Assembly: GCA_964658305.1 (NCBI GenBank)
Contig: OZ210884.1
Span: 8,060,001-8,124,000, forward strand
From: Leptogorgia sarmentosa
Taxonomy: Eukaryota
DNA length: 64,000 nt
Direction of reading: 5' to 3'
Of the stretch, positions 61,201 to 64,000 are shown one piece after another. The translations under genes and the position numbers were made by a program. Below the pieces are notes generated by a model, which worked only from the letters and a program-made list of their open reading frames with translations, searched no databases and was not told where the DNA came from. Numbering within the stretch: position 1 is the first letter of the stretch; each line of letters opens with the position of its first letter.

Positions 61201-61753
61201 TTCCTGGTTTATGCGCGTGCGCCCATTTTTCAAATCTCTTGGGCAGAGTATTTGTGTCCGGAATAGCATTTCCTTCAAAACAAATGTAATTGCAGCGGGA
61301 ACACACAATTGTCCTGATCATTCTACGTGCATGCAATGATTAGTTGGTTCGTTCGAATGCCCCTGTGATCCTGGCATCCATTTTGACTTCCACTACCACC
61401 ATGCATGTTATATCTGTCCGGTAAACCTAACCAGTCACATGCACAATGGTCAGTGTTTATTGAAATAAGAGCTTTTGTTATTCAAATTATTCTCTTCTTT
61501 TCAATACGTCAACAGCCGCGCTGGAATTCCAGCCCGGGTTGAAAATTCTCCATAAATTCATTATTAATTATTAATTAATTATCCAATTGAAACAGCTACT
61601 CTAAGATTTGCCTATTATAATGCATATCATCGTTTCGTTTAAATTAACGTTTCAGATAGGAATGAATGTCATGAACTTGGAATGGGCGCTTGCACATCCG
61701 GTCTTGTGTGTGAGAATTCTATTGGCTCATTTGCATGCGTGCCTGATTTTTAA
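58276..61753 (+). CDS. Secreted Calx-beta + calcium-binding EGF protein, paralog 3 (about 294 aa; 3 full and 1 truncated EGF)
   Basis: Exons 58276-58345 (signal peptide [22 protein letters not shown]), 58925-59030, 59201-59427, 59960-60088, 60292-60420, 60752-60877, terminal exon 61656-61753 ([13 protein letters not shown]...FACVPDF*). 885 nt, in frame. Confidence 0.8.
58425..58558. repeat. Short inverted-repeat element in intron 1 of paralog 3
   Basis: ATAAAAAGGAGCCGTTTTCTGACCAAATATAATT ... AATTATATTTGGTCAGAGAACGACTCCTTTTTAT. Confidence 0.65.
59531..59573 (+). repeat. 11 bp minisatellite (ACTGCGTGCGA), about 4 copies
   Basis: Read directly from the sequence; GC-rich patch in an AT-rich intron. 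Confidence 0.85.
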
Positions 61754-61879
61754 AGAATTGTATATTCTAGTGGTGGTATACAACCTCGACGAAGTTAGGA
61801 CGATTGGGAAAATGGAAGTTTGTGTCTGATTAGCTCTATTTTACATGACAAAGTTGTGAATGTTATATTTTAGGACATT

Positions 61880-62570
61880 TAACAGTTATTCTGCGAACTC
61901 GAGTCGTATATGCGCTGATAGTCGACGAGGCGCGTAGCGCCGAGTCGACTATCAGTCATATACGACGAGATTGAGCAGAATAACTGTTTTATTATGTACA
62001 CAAGCGCTGGACAAAAACAACTTCCAAATTTATTTGTATTTTAGTTAATAAATGAATATAATTTCAAAGTTTTCTATCGCTTTGAAATCGACATATTTAC
62101 AAAAACAGTTTTACTTGATAAATATACGCCAAAAAGCACGGAAAAAACAACAGTTACGGAATTAAAATAGTCGACGTTTCGTTTAAACTATAGCTAGTTT
62201 TAAATTTCAGCAGTTTTCATCTGTATTTTTCTGCATTTGAAAGTACAACACAAATTTTACCGTTGTAAAATGTCAATAAACAGCAACAAGCGATCCAACT
62301 CAGTCAAGCGATGAATATTACAGCGTTGAGTCCGGTTTTCCAGATTCAAAACAGCACAATAAACATTTACAACTAAACTTCTTGAATTTTATTCTTTTAA
62401 TCGGTCGCAAAGACGTCTTTAACTGTTGAAAACTTCAATTCCGGCTTCGCTCTTTCAGCCATTTTGTTTACATTTCTGTACTAGCAGGATATGAGCTAAT
62501 ATCCTGCTAGTAGAGAACCAATCAGATTGCAGAATAGCTCATATCCAGCGCTTGTGTATATAATAATAAT
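61880..62570 (-). mobile_element. Crypton-like non-autonomous element (large terminal hairpin)
   Basis: Hairpin AACAGTTATTCTGC..CTCG.GTCGTATATG..CTGATAGTCGAC GAGGCGCGTAGCGCCGA GTCGACTATCAG.CATATACGACGAG...GCAGAATAACTGTT. A minus-strand AAAATGGCTG start and AACCAATCAGATTGCAG at the far end give the same layout as 20405-20860. Confidence 0.5.
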
Positions 62571-62683
62571 TAATATTCTGTTGCATGTGTTTGTTCAGTT
62601 TTTACACAGCAACATGCACGATGGTCAACTATGGTCACCACTTATGTAACTGATTAGACATCTATTATTTTAACCTGCTAATA

Positions 62684-63296
62684 CAGGGTGGCCCCTGCTA
62701 TAAACTTCTGTGAATATATATTTTACGAATGGTACACGAAGTTGCAATTTTTTACCAAATAGATGCCCAGCGCGACAGCTTCTCAGTTCCAAAAAATTTT
62801 GTCAAAAAAATGAGAAAGATGAGAGTTAAAAGATGAAATTTCTAGAGATATTCAAATAAGCGAGGACAAATATTTTTCTTATACTTATTTTTCCAAAATT
62901 TGCTTAATTTCACATACTGCTCAAATCTAAATTGCTGAAATCCTGTTAAATTTTACACATTTGGATAAATGCAACATTTTTTCATCTTTTGAGACATGGT
63001 GCAATGCAAATATACCAAATTTAGTTATTTAGATTTCAAATCTTGAAAGCGATTTGACTAAACAAGATAAAATTACGCTAAATTACCCGAATTTTGGTCA
63101 AGTAAGAATTTCGGTCTTCGCACCTTAAATCTCTCTAGAAATTTTACCTTTCATTATTTTTTCCAGAAAATTTGCAACTGAGAACGTGTTATATATACTG
63201 GACTTTGCTGGGATAAAAAAATGGCGCGTTGCCGGTCATGTGTAAAATATATATTCTCAGACGATTAGCGGGGGGCATATTTTTTGTGACACGCCG
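62684..63296. mobile_element. Tc1/mariner-type non-autonomous element (degenerate long TIRs)
   Basis: TA|CAGGGTG start and ...ACACGCCG|TA end. Imperfect inverted segments: TCTGTGAATATATATTTTAC / GTAAAATATATATTCTCAGA, TTCTCAGTTCCAAA / TTTGCAACTGAGAA, AAATTTCTAGAGA / TCTCTAGAAATTT. Confidence 0.55.
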
Positions 63297-64000
63297 TAGA
63301 ATGTACAACGGCAGTATACCAGAAGCCAAATCAATGCATGGATAACTAATTCATAAAACAGCGATATATAGCATACGTCACATTCGATCTGGACTCCACT
63401 TGAATTGACAATATTATATGAACTTGCGCTTTTGGTGCCAACTGTAGGTCCAAAAAGTCATGTCGGAGTTCATCGAATGGCCAGAAAACGATCTTTAGAG
63501 ATTTATTGTAGAAACCATAATCGTTAAATATAAGTAATAAATGTATATTTAGAATCGCAGAAACACAGATGGTTCAATAATTCACTTCAAGCGTAAATTG
63601 TAATATACCTGTGTCCCGGATGTCGTTTATCTTGCGGGAAATTTCGCTTTGCAAACAGAAAAGATTTTTGCTTTTTAATTTTCCATTTTAAGATAAAGGT
63701 TTCAAACAACCTAATTGTTTTAGATTGAGCTTGTATGTCTACCGTATACTGTTAACCAGTGAAACTGATGATAGCCGATTTAATTCGCGCGAAAAGCATT
63801 TCATCGAATTTTAAAGTTTTCGTGATTGGTTTCCTAACAGGGCAATTATAAAAATTGCGTATTGCCCGTGGGCAATACGGGAAAATCAGATTGCGCCATT
63901 CGCCAAAAACAATTGCTTGCCATATAATAAGTATCACTTATTAATACTGAGACCGAGGGAAACATTGTGTTTTGTGGCCCCGAGACCGCCGTAGTATATA

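Noticed and set aside
33923..61753. One giant fibrillin-like gene spanning the whole region
   Set aside because: There are three separate signal-peptide exons and three in-frame stop-containing terminal exons, and no TB/8-Cys domains. Read-through splicing cannot be excluded because the phases are compatible.

Overview
AT-rich, intron-containing animal genomic DNA; the gene content and repeat style suggest a cnidarian or other non-bilaterian (inference). Most provided ORFs are spurious, and the real genes were reconstructed by hand from GT-AG exons. From left to right: (1) the first coding exon of a divergent myc gene (minus strand, bHLH-Zip exon not found in the window); (2) a complete 9-exon NSMCE1/NSE1 gene (minus) whose first coding intron holds an intact single-exon class A GPCR on the SAME strand, three palindromic PIF/Harbinger-type MITEs and a Crypton-like relic; (3) a complete 7-exon PPP1R8/NIPP1 gene (plus), head-to-head with NSMCE1; (4) two tandem, frameshifted class A GPCR paralogs; (5) a roughly 28 kb cluster of three tandem genes for secreted proteins built as signal peptide + Calx-beta + a variable number (4-10) of calcium-binding EGF modules. 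The cluster is the most interesting system. Every internal EGF module is a symmetric phase-1 exon, and exon copies have been amplified with their introns. One exon class has a near-constant 5' part and a hypervariable, always frame-preserving C5-C6 loop. A second class varies only at non-synonymous sites, in mosaic patterns. Pseudo-exons and orphan half-exons are interspersed, and all three proteins keep an unpaired cysteine. This resembles a diversifying secreted recognition, adhesion or matrix gene family, but function is not demonstrable from sequence alone.
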